Shown: piece by piece, positions 1-9,218 of the stretch
How positions within the stretch are numbered: the stretch's first letter is position 1
Layout of the letters: every line of letters starts with the position of its first letter
Assembly: GCA_965116495.1 (NCBI GenBank)
Contig: OZ220696.1
Location: 4,096,001 to 4,160,000 of the forward strand
DNA from: Gammaproteobacteria bacterium
GTDB lineage: Bacteria > Pseudomonadota > Gammaproteobacteria > Eutrophobiales > Eutrophobiaceae
Length of the DNA: 64,000 nt
Direction: 5' to 3'
Translations under genes and position numbers: made by a program
Notes under the pieces: model-generated
The model's input: the letters and a program-made list of their open reading frames with translations, nothing else
What the model was told of the DNA's origin: nothing
Database searches by the model: none

Positions 1-2
1 CC

Positions 3-398
3 CGCGAGATCAGGCAGGATGGGATCGATGCGGACGGCGACCTTTTGTCGGGGATTCCGGTGTTGAACGAACTGTCCTGGTCCCTGGCGTACGGATACCC
101 GGTGCATCGTATCGGTCCCGATAACCTGCCTGCGGAGAAACCTGCGCAACCCACCTGCCTGCTCGTTTACCGGGACAGCCGGGACAGCGTGCGGTTCATC
201 GAGTTGAACCCCTTGGCAGCGCGCCTGGTTGATTGCCTCAGACAGAATGATGACAAAAAAACAGGCAGGGATATTCTCACGGATATTGCCGGTGAGATAG
301 CACATCCCGATCCTGAAATCGTTGTCAATGGCGGGTGCGCTATCCTGGAAGACATGCATGGCAAGCAAATAGTGCTTGGAACGGAAAAGGTGGTTTAA
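3..398 (+). CDS. DUF2063/HvfC-like (putative RiPP maturation partner) protein, 5'-truncated by window edge
   Basis: Frame is open from position 3. C-terminal 'LAYGYPVHRIGP...PTCLLVYRD...VRFIELNPLAARL' is typical of this family. Confidence 0.7.
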   Translation, partial: REIRQDGIDADGDLLSGIPVLNELSWSLAYGYPVHRIGPDNLPAEKPAQPTCLLVYRDSRDSVRFIELNPLAARLVDCLRQNDDKKTGRDILTDIAGEIAHPDPEIVVNGGCAILEDMHGKQIVLGTEKVV

Positions 399-413
399 TA
401 ATCAAGCTACTAT

Positions 414-484
414 CGCCATTCCTGCGCAAGTAGAGTAGTGGCACATGGATATGCCGTCAACGGAGCGTAGGATGCAAATCCACT
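414..484 (+). repeat. REP-like element with ~43-nt internal insert, copy 1
   Basis: CGCCATTCCTGCGCAAGTAG-AGTAGTGGCACATGGATATGCCGTCAACGGAGCGTAGGATGCA-AATCCACT; near-identical to copies at 33025-33095 and 62417-62487. Confidence 0.85.
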
Positions 485-497
485 GGATAAATCTTCC

Positions 498-1706
498 TTA
501 TAAATTACGCATGCGCAACCGCAGTGCGTTCAATTTTATGAACCCCTCTGCATCTTTTTGATCATAGTTGCCGGCATCACTTTCGAAAGTAGCGATATCC
601 TCGTTGAACAGGCTGTTCGTGTCCGACTCGCGGCCGCAGACGATGACATTACCTTTATACAGTTTCAGACGGACCCGGCCGTTTACCGGTACCTGGGTCT
701 CGTCGATTAGCTTCTGCAGGGCCAGGCGTTCGGGACTCCACCAGTAGCCGTTGTATATCATCCTGGCATAGCGCGGCATCAGGTCATCCTTGATATGCGC
801 CAGTTCGCGATCCAGGGTGATGGATTCGATCGCGCGGTGGGCTTTGAGTAATATCGTTCCACCCGGGGTTTCATAGCAGCCGCGGGATTTCATCCCTACG
901 TAGCGGTTTTCGACTATATCGGTTCGACCGATGCCGTGCTTCCCTCCGGTTTCGTTCAGCGTCCCCAGTAACTGTGCCGGCGACATGGCCACACCGTTCA
1001 GGGAGCAGGCGTCGCCGCGGCTGAAATCCAGTTCGATGATTTCCGCCTTGTCAGGGGCGTTTTCGGGTGCTGCGCTCCAGCGCCAGACGGACTCGTCCGG
1101 TTCCCGCCACGGGTCTTCCAGTTCGCCGCCCTCATAGGAAATATGTAATAAATTGGCGTCCATGGAATAAGGGGATGAACCCGCGCGTTTGGCCTCAATG
1201 GGGATGCCGTGCCGCTCAGCGTAAGCCAGCAGTTTTTGCCTGGAATCAAGCTCCCATTCGCGCCAGGGTGCGATGATCCTGATGTCGGGTTTAAGGGCAT
1301 AAGCCCCCAACTCAAGCCGGACCTGGTCATTCCCTTTTCCCGTGGCGCCGTGAGCTATGGCGTCAGCGCCCGTTTCTTCGGTGATCTCTACCAGACGTTT
1401 GGCGACCAGGGGACGGGCTATGGATGTACCCAGGAGGTATTCGCCTTCATACAGGGTGTTTGCCCGAAACATCGGGAAGACGTAATCCCGGACGAACTGT
1501 TCCACCAGGTCTTCGATGAATATTTCCTTAACGCCAAGGCTTACAGCCTTGGCCCGGGCCTGGGAGACTTCCTCACCCTGACCAATATCCGCGGTGAAGG
1601 TTACCACTTCGCAATGATAGGTATCCTGCAGCCATTTTAATATAACGGAAGTATCAAGACCCCCGGAATAGGCAAGGACAACTTTATTGACTTGTTTACT
1701 GGCCAT
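498..1706 (-). CDS. argG: argininosuccinate synthase
   Basis: [22 protein letters not shown] and [11 protein letters not shown] motifs; 402 aa. Confidence 0.98.
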   Translation of the reverse strand: MASKQVNKVVLAYSGGLDTSVILKWLQDTYHCEVVTFTADIGQGEEVSQARAKAVSLGVKEIFIEDLVEQFVRDYVFPMFRANTLYEGEYLLGTSIARPLVAKRLVEITEETGADAIAHGATGKGNDQVRLELGAYALKPDIRIIAPWREWELDSRQKLLAYAERHGIPIEAKRAGSSPYSMDANLLHISYEGGELEDPWREPDESVWRWSAAPENAPDKAEIIELDFSRGDACSLNGVAMSPAQLLGTLNETGGKHGIGRTDIVENRYVGMKSRGCYETPGGTILLKAHRAIESITLDRELAHIKDDLMPRYARMIYNGYWWSPERLALQKLIDETQVPVNGRVRLKLYKGNVIVCGRESDTNSLFNEDIATFESDAGNYDQKDAEGFIKLNALRLRMRNL

Positions 1707-1780
1707 ACGCGTATGAATAATCCCCTGGAAATGGATTGTTTCGAGGGGGGGATTATATAACGGGTCAACCCGTAACGCTT

Positions 1781-2230
1781 TTATTTTTCGGTGTTCAGGT
1801 ATTCCCCCGGCCAGATGTCCAGGTAGAGCAGGTCCAGGTCCACCCCTCGCATGACCGCATAGTGTTTATAATCATGACGGTTCACCCAGGCATAGTCGGT
1901 GTGTTCATGGTTGAGCCTGATATCACCGCCAAGCCAGCGCAGGTGAAACAGGTAAAATTCGTAAACTCTGCCGGAAATCCGGTCCCTGACCGGTTCAAGG
2001 CGTCTGATGAGTTCCACTGAAATATTCTCGCCGATCTCTTCGGATAATTCCCGTGAGGCACATTGTTCCGGTGACTCGCCGTCCTCAACATGGCCGGCGG
2101 GGAACCCCCACAGGCCGGGTCCATATCTGCTGGCCGTGCTCCTTTTCAGTAACAGGACTTCACTGTTTTCGTTTTCCACGACGTTGACGGAAAACCGGCC
2201 TGCAAGCGGAGGAGTTGATCTCTGTTTCAT
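1781..2230 (-). CDS. NUDIX hydrolase
   Basis: Nudix box [22 protein letters not shown]. Start set to ATG 2230 because the longer start lies inside a REP. Confidence 0.85.
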   Translation of the reverse strand: MKQRSTPPLAGRFSVNVVENENSEVLLLKRSTASRYGPGLWGFPAGHVEDGESPEQCASRELSEEIGENISVELIRRLEPVRDRISGRVYEFYLFHLRWLGGDIRLNHEHTDYAWVNRHDYKHYAVMRGVDLDLLYLDIWPGEYLNTEK

Positions 2231-2248
2231 CGGATATAGCCTGCAACA

Positions 2249-2273
2249 GGGGACGGAATTCAATTCCGTCCCC
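2249..2273. repeat. GGGGACGG-type REP palindrome
   Basis: GGGGACGGAATT-C-AATTCCGTCCCC; relatives at 56487-56516 and 63961-63989, half copy at 55324-55335. Confidence 0.8.
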
Positions 2274-2286
2274 ATACTACAAAAAG

Positions 2287-3648
2287 CTATAACAGGATAT
2301 CACGGATGTCTGTGAGAGTTTCTCCCAGTGTGCGGGTAAATTGCGCCGCGGCAACGCCGTCGATGACCCGGTGGTCATAGGAAAGGGAGTAGGGCAGGAC
2401 CAGCCGGGGCACAAACTTGCCGTCAAGGTAAACGGGCTTTGTCGCAGCCCGGGACACGCCGAGGATGGCTACTTCCGGTGAGTTGATGATGGGAGTGAAC
2501 CCGGTGCCGCCGATATGGCCCAGGCTGCTGATGGTAAAACATCCTCCCTCCATATCCGCCGGACGAAGTTTCTTGTCCCGGGCCTTTTGCGCCAGTTCTG
2601 CGAGTTCCGCCGCCAGGTCAAACATCCCTTTTTGATCGGCATCCTTCACCACGGGCACGAGCAGTCCCTGGTTGGTGTTTACCGCGAATCCGATATGGAA
2701 GTATTGTTTATAAACCAGTTCCTTGCCGTCCGGACTCAGGGAAGAGTTAAATTCCGGATATTTTCTCAGGGCGACAATTACAGCCTTGATCATGAAACTC
2801 AGCAGGGTGAGTTTGACGCCGCGCCGTTCGGCCTCGGATTTTTTCGACAGGCGGAAGGCTTCCAGTTCCGTTATATCCGTTTCATCGTGCTGGGTAACAT
2901 GGGGTACGTTGACCCAGTTGCGATGCAGGTTCTGGCCGCCGAGCCGTTTCAGACGCGCCAGTGACCGGGTTTCGACCGGCCCGAATTTGGAAAAATCCAC
3001 CGGGGGAATTTCCGGAACCGCGCTGCGGTCAAACACGCGTTTGCCTGTCATCACAGACTTGGTGAAGGCAATCACGTCTTGTTTTATTATGCGTCCTCTT
3101 TTGCCGCTGCCCTTGACCAGACCAAGGTCAACACCCAGTTCCCGGGCAAATTTACGCACACCCGGACTGGCATGAGCCCTGGAGGATGCACTTGAGCCAA
3201 TAGTCTGTGCGCCGGCCGGGGTCCTGGGCGCCGGTTTCGGACCGTGTCCCGGCGCCGGTGATGGATCTTCAGGCGCTTCAGCGGCCGTTTCTGCCGCTTT
3301 TTCTGTCCGGGCTTCAGTCCCTGCGGTAGTTGCCCCACCTTTTACAGCATCGGCCGGCATACCCTGATTACCATTGTCCGGAGATACTTTACCCCGGGCG
3401 CCGTTCTGCTCCAGTTTCAGTATCAATGCTCCCTGGGCCACGGTATCACCGACATTGACCAGGAGTTCCCTGACTGTACCGGCCGCGGGTGACGGGATGT
3501 CCATGGTTGCTTTTTCCGACTCCAGGGTGAGCAGGGTATCTTCCGGTTTTACCTTGTCACCCGTTTGAACTGCGATTTCGATGATTTCAACTGCATCGAA
3601 ATCACCGATATGAGGAACGAGAATATCAGTGAGCCGTCCCATGGTCAC
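2287..3648 (-). CDS. aceF: pyruvate dehydrogenase E2, dihydrolipoyllysine-residue acetyltransferase (single lipoyl domain)
   Basis: Lipoyl motif LESEKATMDIP, E3-binding ASPGVRKFARELGVDL, catalytic DHRVIDG; overlaps the aceE stop. Confidence 0.96.
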   Translation of the reverse strand: MTMGRLTDILVPHIGDFDAVEIIEIAVQTGDKVKPEDTLLTLESEKATMDIPSPAAGTVRELLVNVGDTVAQGALILKLEQNGARGKVSPDNGNQGMPADAVKGGATTAGTEARTEKAAETAAEAPEDPSPAPGHGPKPAPRTPAGAQTIGSSASSRAHASPGVRKFARELGVDLGLVKGSGKRGRIIKQDVIAFTKSVMTGKRVFDRSAVPEIPPVDFSKFGPVETRSLARLKRLGGQNLHRNWVNVPHVTQHDETDITELEAFRLSKKSEAERRGVKLTLLSFMIKAVIVALRKYPEFNSSLSPDGKELVYKQYFHIGFAVNTNQGLLVPVVKDADQKGMFDLAAELAELAQKARDKKLRPADMEGGCFTISSLGHIGGTGFTPIINSPEVAILGVSRAATKPVYLDGKFVPRLVLPYSLSYDHRVIDGVAAAQFTRTLGETLTDIRDILL

Positions 3649-6302
3649 ACGTACACCGGGTTGGGTTTTTCCGGATCGATATGGTAGTTCTTCATTGCCT
3701 CTGTGACCTTTGCTGCCGGTATTTTACCCGTATCGGCCAATGCCTTGAGAGCAGCGACAACGACGTAGTGACGGTCTATTTCAAAAAACTTCCTCAACTT
3801 GGCGCGGGTATCGCTCCTGCCGTAGCCATCGGTACCCAGTACCACGTAGGGAGCAGGTATGTGGCTCCGGACCTGGTCCGCATAGAGCTTCATATAGTCC
3901 GTTGCTGCTATCACGGGACCACCGCTACGTTCCAGGCATTGGCCGACGTAGCTTTTTTTCGCCACCTGTTCGGGGTGCAACATGTTCCAGCGGTCCACCT
4001 CCAGGCAGTCACGGCGCAACTCGTTAAAACTGGTTACACTCCAGACATCGGCGGCCATGCCGAAGTCATTATCGAGTAATTCTGCCGCGGCCATCACTTC
4101 CCGCAGGATGGTGCCCGAGCCTAACAACTGCACTCGCAGTTCCCCGCCGCCGCCCTCCTGTAACAGGTACATGCCTTTCAATATCCCTTCCGTCGAGTCT
4201 TCCGGCATTGGCGGATGCGGGTAGTTCTCGTTCATGACGGTAATATAGTAATAGACGTCTTCATTGTTGCCGTACATGCGGCGCAACCCGTCGTGAATAA
4301 TAACGGCCAGTTCGTAAGAATAGGTCGGGTCATAAGAAATACAATTGGGGATGGTGGACGCCAGCAGGTGACTGTGACCATCCTGGTGTTGCAATCCTTC
4401 TCCGGCCAGGGTAGTTCTACCGGCAGTACCGCCTATCAGAAAACCGCGGGAACGCAGGTCGCCGGCCGCCCAGGCAAGGTCGCCGGTGCGCTGGAATCCG
4501 AACATGGAGTAGAAGATATAAAACGGTATCATCTGAACCCTGTGGTGTTTATAGGCCGTGGCAGCCGCTATCCATGAGGAAAACGCCCCGGCTTCGGTAA
4601 TGCCCTCTTCGAGGATCTGCCCTTTTTTGTCTTCCCGATAATACATGACATGGTCGATGTCCACCGGCTCATAGAGTTGCCCCACGGATGAGTAGATACC
4701 CAGTTGCCTGAACATCCCTTCCATACCGAAAGTGCGGGCTTCATCCGGCACGATGGGGACGATGTATTTCCCTGCATTCCTGTCTTTTACCAGGGTATTG
4801 AGGATGCGAACGAAGGCCATCGTCGTGGATATCTCTCTCTTGCCTGTCCCTGCCAGCAGTTTCTCGTGGATACTGACGTCAGGCGTGTCCAGGGCTGGTG
4901 CCTCGGGCCATTTCTGCAGGTGGAAGCCGCCCAGCTTTTCCCGCCGTTCGTGCATATATTTCACCTCGGCGCTGTTTTCATCCGGTTTGTAAAAAGCGGC
5001 ATTGGCAACGTCTTCATCCGATACCGGTATATTGAAGCGTCGGCGAAAGGCCTTCAGGGCCTCCTCGCCCATCTTCTTTTGCTGGTGGGTGATATTTTGT
5101 CCCTCGCCAGCTTCACCCATGCCGTAGCCCTTGACCGTCTTTGCCAGGATGACCGTGGGTTGCCCTTTGTGTTTAACTGCGGCGGCGTAGGCAGCATAGA
5201 CTTTATGGGGGTCATGCCCGCCACGATTGAGACGCCATATATCCTCATCCGACATGTTGGCAACCAGCGCTGTCAGTTCCGGGTGTTTGCCGAAAAATTT
5301 TTCTCTCACGTAGGCGCCGTCGTTGGCCTTATAGGCCTGGTACTCCCCGTCTACCGTCTCTTCCATCACCTTGAGCAGTTTGCCTTCCGTATCCCGGGCG
5401 ATTAACGGGTCCCAGTATGAGCCCCAGATCACCTTGATAACGTTCCAGCCGGCGCCGCGAAAATCGGCCTCCAGTTCCTGGATGATTTTTCCGTTGCCGC
5501 GTACCGGGCCATCCAGCCGTTGCAGGTTGCAATTGATCACAAAGATCAGGTTATCCAGTTTTTCCCGGGCGGCAAGACCGATGGAACCCAATGATTCCGG
5601 TTCATCCATTTCCCCGTCTCCCATAAAAGCCCAGATCTTCCGGTCACTGGGCGGGATCAGTTCCCGGTGCTCCAGGTAACGCATGAACCTTGCCTGGTAG
5701 ATGGCCATCAGCGACCCCAGGCCCATGGAGACTGTGGGGAATTGCCAGAAGTCTGGCATCAGCCAGGGATGCGGATAGGAAGAGAGGCCATCACCGTCAA
5801 CCTCCTGGCGAAACTTGCTGATCTGTTCCTCACTGACCTGGCCATACAGGAAGGCGCGGGCATATATGCCCGGCGCGGAGTGTCCCTGGATAAAAACCAG
5901 GTCGCCGTCCTGTTGTTCCGTGGCAGCGCGAAAAAAGTGGTTGAAACCCACGTCATAAAGTGTCGCAGACGAGGCGAAGCTGGCGATATGCCCGCCCAGT
6001 TCGGCACTGTAACGATTGGCGCGGACGACCATGGCCAGCGCGTTCCAGCGTATCAGCGACCGGATACGCCATTCCATGCCGGAGTCGCCCGGCGCACGTT
6101 CTTCCCGGGACGGCGGGATGGTATTCAGGTAGGCGGTATTGGCCGAATAGGGCAGGTAGGCGCCCGATTTTCTTGCCTTGGCAATCAACTGTTCCAGCAG
6201 GTAGTGCGCTCGCTCTATGCCTTCCTGGGCCAGAACTGAATCCAGCGCTTCAAGCCATTCCTGGGTTTCCTGCGGGTCGACATCGTTTATTTTTTCCGGC
6301 AT
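3645..6302 (-). CDS. aceE: pyruvate dehydrogenase E1, homodimeric type
   Basis: DVDPQETQEWL N-terminus, GDGEMDEPES TPP motif, GEGLQHQDGHS. Start set to ATG 6302. Confidence 0.98.
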   Translation of the reverse strand: MPEKINDVDPQETQEWLEALDSVLAQEGIERAHYLLEQLIAKARKSGAYLPYSANTAYLNTIPPSREERAPGDSGMEWRIRSLIRWNALAMVVRANRYSAELGGHIASFASSATLYDVGFNHFFRAATEQQDGDLVFIQGHSAPGIYARAFLYGQVSEEQISKFRQEVDGDGLSSYPHPWLMPDFWQFPTVSMGLGSLMAIYQARFMRYLEHRELIPPSDRKIWAFMGDGEMDEPESLGSIGLAAREKLDNLIFVINCNLQRLDGPVRGNGKIIQELEADFRGAGWNVIKVIWGSYWDPLIARDTEGKLLKVMEETVDGEYQAYKANDGAYVREKFFGKHPELTALVANMSDEDIWRLNRGGHDPHKVYAAYAAAVKHKGQPTVILAKTVKGYGMGEAGEGQNITHQQKKMGEEALKAFRRRFNIPVSDEDVANAAFYKPDENSAEVKYMHERREKLGGFHLQKWPEAPALDTPDVSIHEKLLAGTGKREISTTMAFVRILNTLVKDRNAGKYIVPIVPDEARTFGMEGMFRQLGIYSSVGQLYEPVDIDHVMYYREDKKGQILEEGITEAGAFSSWIAAATAYKHHRVQMIPFYIFYSMFGFQRTGDLAWAAGDLRSRGFLIGGTAGRTTLAGEGLQHQDGHSHLLASTIPNCISYDPTYSYELAVIIHDGLRRMYGNNEDVYYYITVMNENYPHPPMPEDSTEGILKGMYLLQEGGGGELRVQLLGSGTILREVMAAAELLDNDFGMAADVWSVTSFNELRRDCLEVDRWNMLHPEQVAKKSYVGQCLERSGGPVIAATDYMKLYADQVRSHIPAPYVVLGTDGYGRSDTRAKLRKFFEIDRHYVVVAALKALADTGKIPAAKVTEAMKNYHIDPEKPNPVYV

Positions 6303-6384
6303 GCGTTCAGCTTGTCCGATGGGTGAGCAAATGCCGCCAGGGATTATACCTGTTACGATGATAAAAGGCTTGGTCCGCGAATAG

Positions 6385-6425
6385 AAAAAAAAGACCGCCA
6401 CCGGAGGGGGAGAACCGGTAGCGGC
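6385..6425 (-). terminator. intrinsic terminator with C-rich loop
   Basis: Minus strand GCCGCUACCGG-UUCUCCCCCU-CCGGUGGCGGU-C-U8, downstream of the 97-aa gene. Confidence 0.85.
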
Positions 6426-6480
6426 AAAGTTGGGAGCTAGGGCGCTCCCGGGGGATAGAGGGGAGAAAAACCTGTATCAG
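6385..6480 (-). ncRNA. candidate 3'-UTR-derived small RNA with anti-SD-like C-rich segments
   Basis: Two UUCUCCCC(C)U motifs, a GGGAGC/GCUCCC hairpin and a terminator. The 5' end is unknown. Confidence 0.35.
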
Positions 6481-6542
6481 CACTATTACATGCTATCCAC
6501 TTGGTTAACAATCCAGCCTCTCTGAGTAGTTCTGTGCCGATT

Positions 6543-6836
6543 TCAATTCAATACACCAAACCGGTACGGTTGCGGAATACCGGTACTGCGGTTGGCAACC
6601 GGAAACCCGAAACGCCTCGCCTGGACGTCTTGAGCCTTATCGCCCAGCGTGGGAACAATCAGCCGGTTGCTCTCATACAGGCGCTGCACGTTGTCTTTCA
6701 ATTCCTGAAAAATCTGTGTGCGCATGGCGTTGTCCAGGTAGCTATCGAGCTCATCTGCGTGATTCTCGACGCTGGCCAGCACAAGTAAGCCTGCAATCAA
6801 AGTGGCGGCAAAGGTTTTGCCGGTTAAGATTTTCAC
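6543..6836 (-). CDS. hypothetical exported protein (97 aa)
   Basis: GTG start with AAGGAGA RBS; signal-peptide-like N-terminus MKILTGKTFAATLIAGLLVLASVENHA. Confidence 0.65.
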   Translation of the reverse strand: MKILTGKTFAATLIAGLLVLASVENHADELDSYLDNAMRTQIFQELKDNVQRLYESNRLIVPTLGDKAQDVQARRFGFPVANRSTGIPQPYRFGVLN

Positions 6837-6852
6837 TCTCTTTCTCCTTAAA

Positions 6853-6872
6853 TATGTAAGTTACCTAACTAA
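6853..6872. promoter_or_regulatory. putative TetR operator, copy 1
   Basis: Minus strand TTAGTTAGGTAACTTACATA, immediately upstream of the RBS of the 97-aa gene. Confidence 0.55.
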
Positions 6873-6988
6873 ATATGGGCGAAAAAATATTTTTAACAGT
6901 GTGGAATAAATTCATCACCTACAGCCGACAGACATTGCGACAAAATAAGTCACCTGTTTTATTGAATATCATATCTTTCATATCTTTC

Positions 6989-7008
6989 TAAGTTAAATAA
7001 CTAACTAA
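6989..7008. promoter_or_regulatory. putative TetR operator, copy 2
   Basis: TAAGTTA-N6-TAACTAA (minus strand TTAGTTAGTTATTTAACTTA). Confidence 0.55.
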
Positions 7009-7034
7009 AATTCTGTTCAAAAAAAATTCGCCGT

Positions 7035-7628
7035 TTATGCGGCAGCCAGTCCTTCACTCCGTGACGCCGGATCAATGTTTTCTACCCAGTCAGCCACCGC
7101 GTTAAATTGCTCTTTCAGTCGCCGGGGGTCCCGCAGGATATTACCCAGCAAAATAACTCCTTCTATACGGGCAACGAATTCAAATCCCAGTTTCTCCGGT
7201 TGTTTCATGTCCATGAGAAGAAACTGCTCCGTTGACCAGTCCACCAGGTATTTCATACAACTGTCCGCAGAATCCATGAGTTCGCCAAATTCCTCATCCA
7301 GGTCCTGACACAGGCCACTCAATGGGCACCCTGCGTCTGCCAATTCCTTACTGTGACTGCTCATTACCTTGATTAGATTCATCAAGGCCTCTTTTGGTTC
7401 CCTCCTTCTGCAACAATTCTTCAACATATTTGATAACGTTTGCTTCCGTTCAGAGATCACCGCTTTGCAGATATCTTCCTTGGTCTTGAAATAATAGTAC
7501 ACGTTACCCAACGGAACCCTGGCCTCTTCAGCTATATGGGCCAGCGTAGTACGACAAAACCCCTGCCTGTGTATCAGGGTGTCTGCAGCACTAATCAAGC
7601 GTTCACGTTTATCACTAATCCTGGGCAT
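7035..7628 (-). CDS. TetR/AcrR family transcriptional regulator
   Basis: N-terminal HTH GFCRTTLAHIAEEARVPLGNVYYYFKTKEDI. Confidence 0.95.
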   Translation of the reverse strand: MPRISDKRERLISAADTLIHRQGFCRTTLAHIAEEARVPLGNVYYYFKTKEDICKAVISERKQTLSNMLKNCCRRREPKEALMNLIKVMSSHSKELADAGCPLSGLCQDLDEEFGELMDSADSCMKYLVDWSTEQFLLMDMKQPEKLGFEFVARIEGVILLGNILRDPRRLKEQFNAVADWVENIDPASRSEGLAAA

Positions 7629-7637
7629 AAACAGACC

Positions 7638-7657
7638 TTAGTTAGCTACTTGACTAA
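7638..7657. promoter_or_regulatory. putative TetR operator, copy 3 (autoregulation)
   Basis: TTAGTTA-GCTACT-TGACTAA, overlapping the predicted +1 of tetR. Confidence 0.6.
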
Positions 7658-7659
7658 GC

Positions 7660-7687
7660 ATTATAGTGATTGAATATGATATGTCAA
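7660..7687 (-). promoter_or_regulatory. sigma70 promoter of tetR
   Basis: Minus strand TTGACA-N16-TATAAT, both hexamers perfect consensus. Confidence 0.8.
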
Positions 7688-7692
7688 GTCTT

Positions 7693-7739
7693 TTTTCTAA
7701 AAATTTTCTAAAAATTTTCTAAAAATGTTTTTCTAAAAA
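7693..7739. repeat. 11-bp tandem repeat (TTTTCTAAAAA) x3 plus a fourth copy
   Basis: Units at 7693, 7704, 7715 and 7729, directly upstream of the tetR -35. Confidence 0.9.
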
Positions 7740-7820
7740 AATTAATGAGCCCTGATTTATCCGGGTTTTCTTAATACGGTTTGCTTTGATATTACGTAAC
7801 TCAGGGCATATAATCGCTTT

Positions 7821-8345
7821 ATGTATATATCAAGAGTACTTCTCGCAGTAATTTTCGTCTTGTCCGGCCTCCCTGCCGTGGCCGAACCTGAGGTGGGGCG
7901 GCCCGCCCCCGCATTTTCAATGCCGGATCAATACATGAAGACCCATAGCCTGGAGCAGTATCTCGGCAAGTGGGTGGTAGTGTATTTTTATCCGAAGGAT
8001 GACACGCCCGGTTGCACCACGGAGGCCTGCAACTTCCGGGATGATATCTTCAAGCTGCGGGCAATGGACGCCGAAGTCCTGGGAGTCAGTCTCGATAGCA
8101 CCGAAAGCCATGCCCGTTTCGCGGAAAAATACGGCCTGCCGTTTCCGTTATTATCCGATGCGGCAGGTGAAACAGCCGGGCAATACGGTTGCCTCACGGA
8201 GTGGAGAGGGATGACAATCGCTGCGCGGCATACTTTCATCATCGACCCCGGCGGCAACATCGCGAAGATCTACCGGGAAGTGGACCCCGACACCCACAGC
8301 GCCCAAGTCCTGGCAGACCTGGCATCCCTGCAAGCTGACGAATAA
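7821..8345 (+). CDS. bcp: peroxiredoxin, BCP/PrxQ type, with signal peptide
   Basis: YFYPKDDTPGCTTEACNFRD motif. Confidence 0.92.
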   Translation: MYISRVLLAVIFVLSGLPAVAEPEVGRPAPAFSMPDQYMKTHSLEQYLGKWVVVYFYPKDDTPGCTTEACNFRDDIFKLRAMDAEVLGVSLDSTESHARFAEKYGLPFPLLSDAAGETAGQYGCLTEWRGMTIAARHTFIIDPGGNIAKIYREVDPDTHSAQVLADLASLQADE

Positions 8346-8426
8346 AATACCGTTTCAAGCTTTATTTTATTGCTACACAAGGAATTGTGGCCTGCTCTCA
8401 GTCTTCGTTGATTTCACACACAAAAA

Positions 8427-8455
8427 GTAATACAATTTTGTGCATATTGTATTAC
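8427..8455. promoter_or_regulatory. TA operator palindrome
   Basis: GTAATACAAT-N9-ATTGTATTAC with perfect 10-bp arms, just before the GGAGG RBS of the antitoxin. Confidence 0.7.
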
Positions 8456-8465
8456 GGAGGTAATT

Positions 8466-8693
8466 ATGCGGACTATTTCTGTAAAAATTCCTGTATATCT
8501 TGATGAACAGCTTGCCAGGATTTCCGAACAGCGCTGTTTATCGCGGTCAAATATTATACGCGATGCAATCACTGCCTATGTAACTGAACCTGATAAGTCA
8601 TTTACTGCGCTTGCAAGTGATCTGGCCGGTTCCTTGTCAGGTCCCGAAGATTTATCCACATCGGCTGAGCACCTGGCTGAATATGGCCGATGA
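8466..8693 (+). CDS. RHH/CopG-family antitoxin
   Basis: MRTISVKIP...LSRSNIIRDAI ribbon-helix-helix; ATGA overlap with the PIN gene. Confidence 0.85.
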   Translation: MRTISVKIPVYLDEQLARISEQRCLSRSNIIRDAITAYVTEPDKSFTALASDLAGSLSGPEDLSTSAEHLAEYGR

Positions 8694-9100
8694 CCAGAAT
8701 TATTCTTGACACTGGGCCTATAGTTGCTTTTTTAAACAAGCGGGACAGATATTTCACCTGGGCAAATGAAATATTCAATTTATTGGAACCGCCTGTTTAT
8801 ACCTGTGAATCCGTCATCTCCGAAGCCTGCTTCCTGCTGCGTAATATTGAGGGTGGTTCAATCGCCGTTGCTGAACTTATAGAGCGTAAATTGGTAGTAA
8901 TAGATTTCGATTTATCCGGGGAAATACAAGCCGTCAAAAAGCTGATGTCGAGATATGCAAACATCCCGATGTCACTGGCAGACGCCTGTTTAATCCGGAT
9001 GACTGAGATTACAAAAAACTCTCAAATAATCACCCTCGATCAGGATTTCAACATATATCGCCGCTTTGATCGTCAGCAAGTGCCGGTGTTGATGCCATGA
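8690..9100 (+). CDS. PIN-domain toxin (VapC family)
   Basis: ILDTGPIVA, ISEA, MSLADACL and TLDQDF acidic motifs. Confidence 0.92.
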   Translation: MTRIILDTGPIVAFLNKRDRYFTWANEIFNLLEPPVYTCESVISEACFLLRNIEGGSIAVAELIERKLVVIDFDLSGEIQAVKKLMSRYANIPMSLADACLIRMTEITKNSQIITLDQDFNIYRRFDRQQVPVLMP

Positions 9101-9218
9101 AATTTGTTATGGAGATAAAATAAAGAAGCCTTAAGTGGTAAGACTCACAACCTAATCAATGTTAGTTTTTCCAGACGTTGTACCACGTCAAATAACTTTA
9201 GGCACATAGATTAATAAA

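Noticed and set aside
1781-6302. aceEF without adjacent lpdA
   Set aside because: lpd is often encoded elsewhere; not unusual.
6303-6401. Extended N-termini in the ORF track (aceE; also NUDIX, small amine dehydrogenase subunit, matB, rdhA)
   Set aside because: Extensions run through terminators, REPs or neighbouring genes; family homology starts at the downstream ATG.
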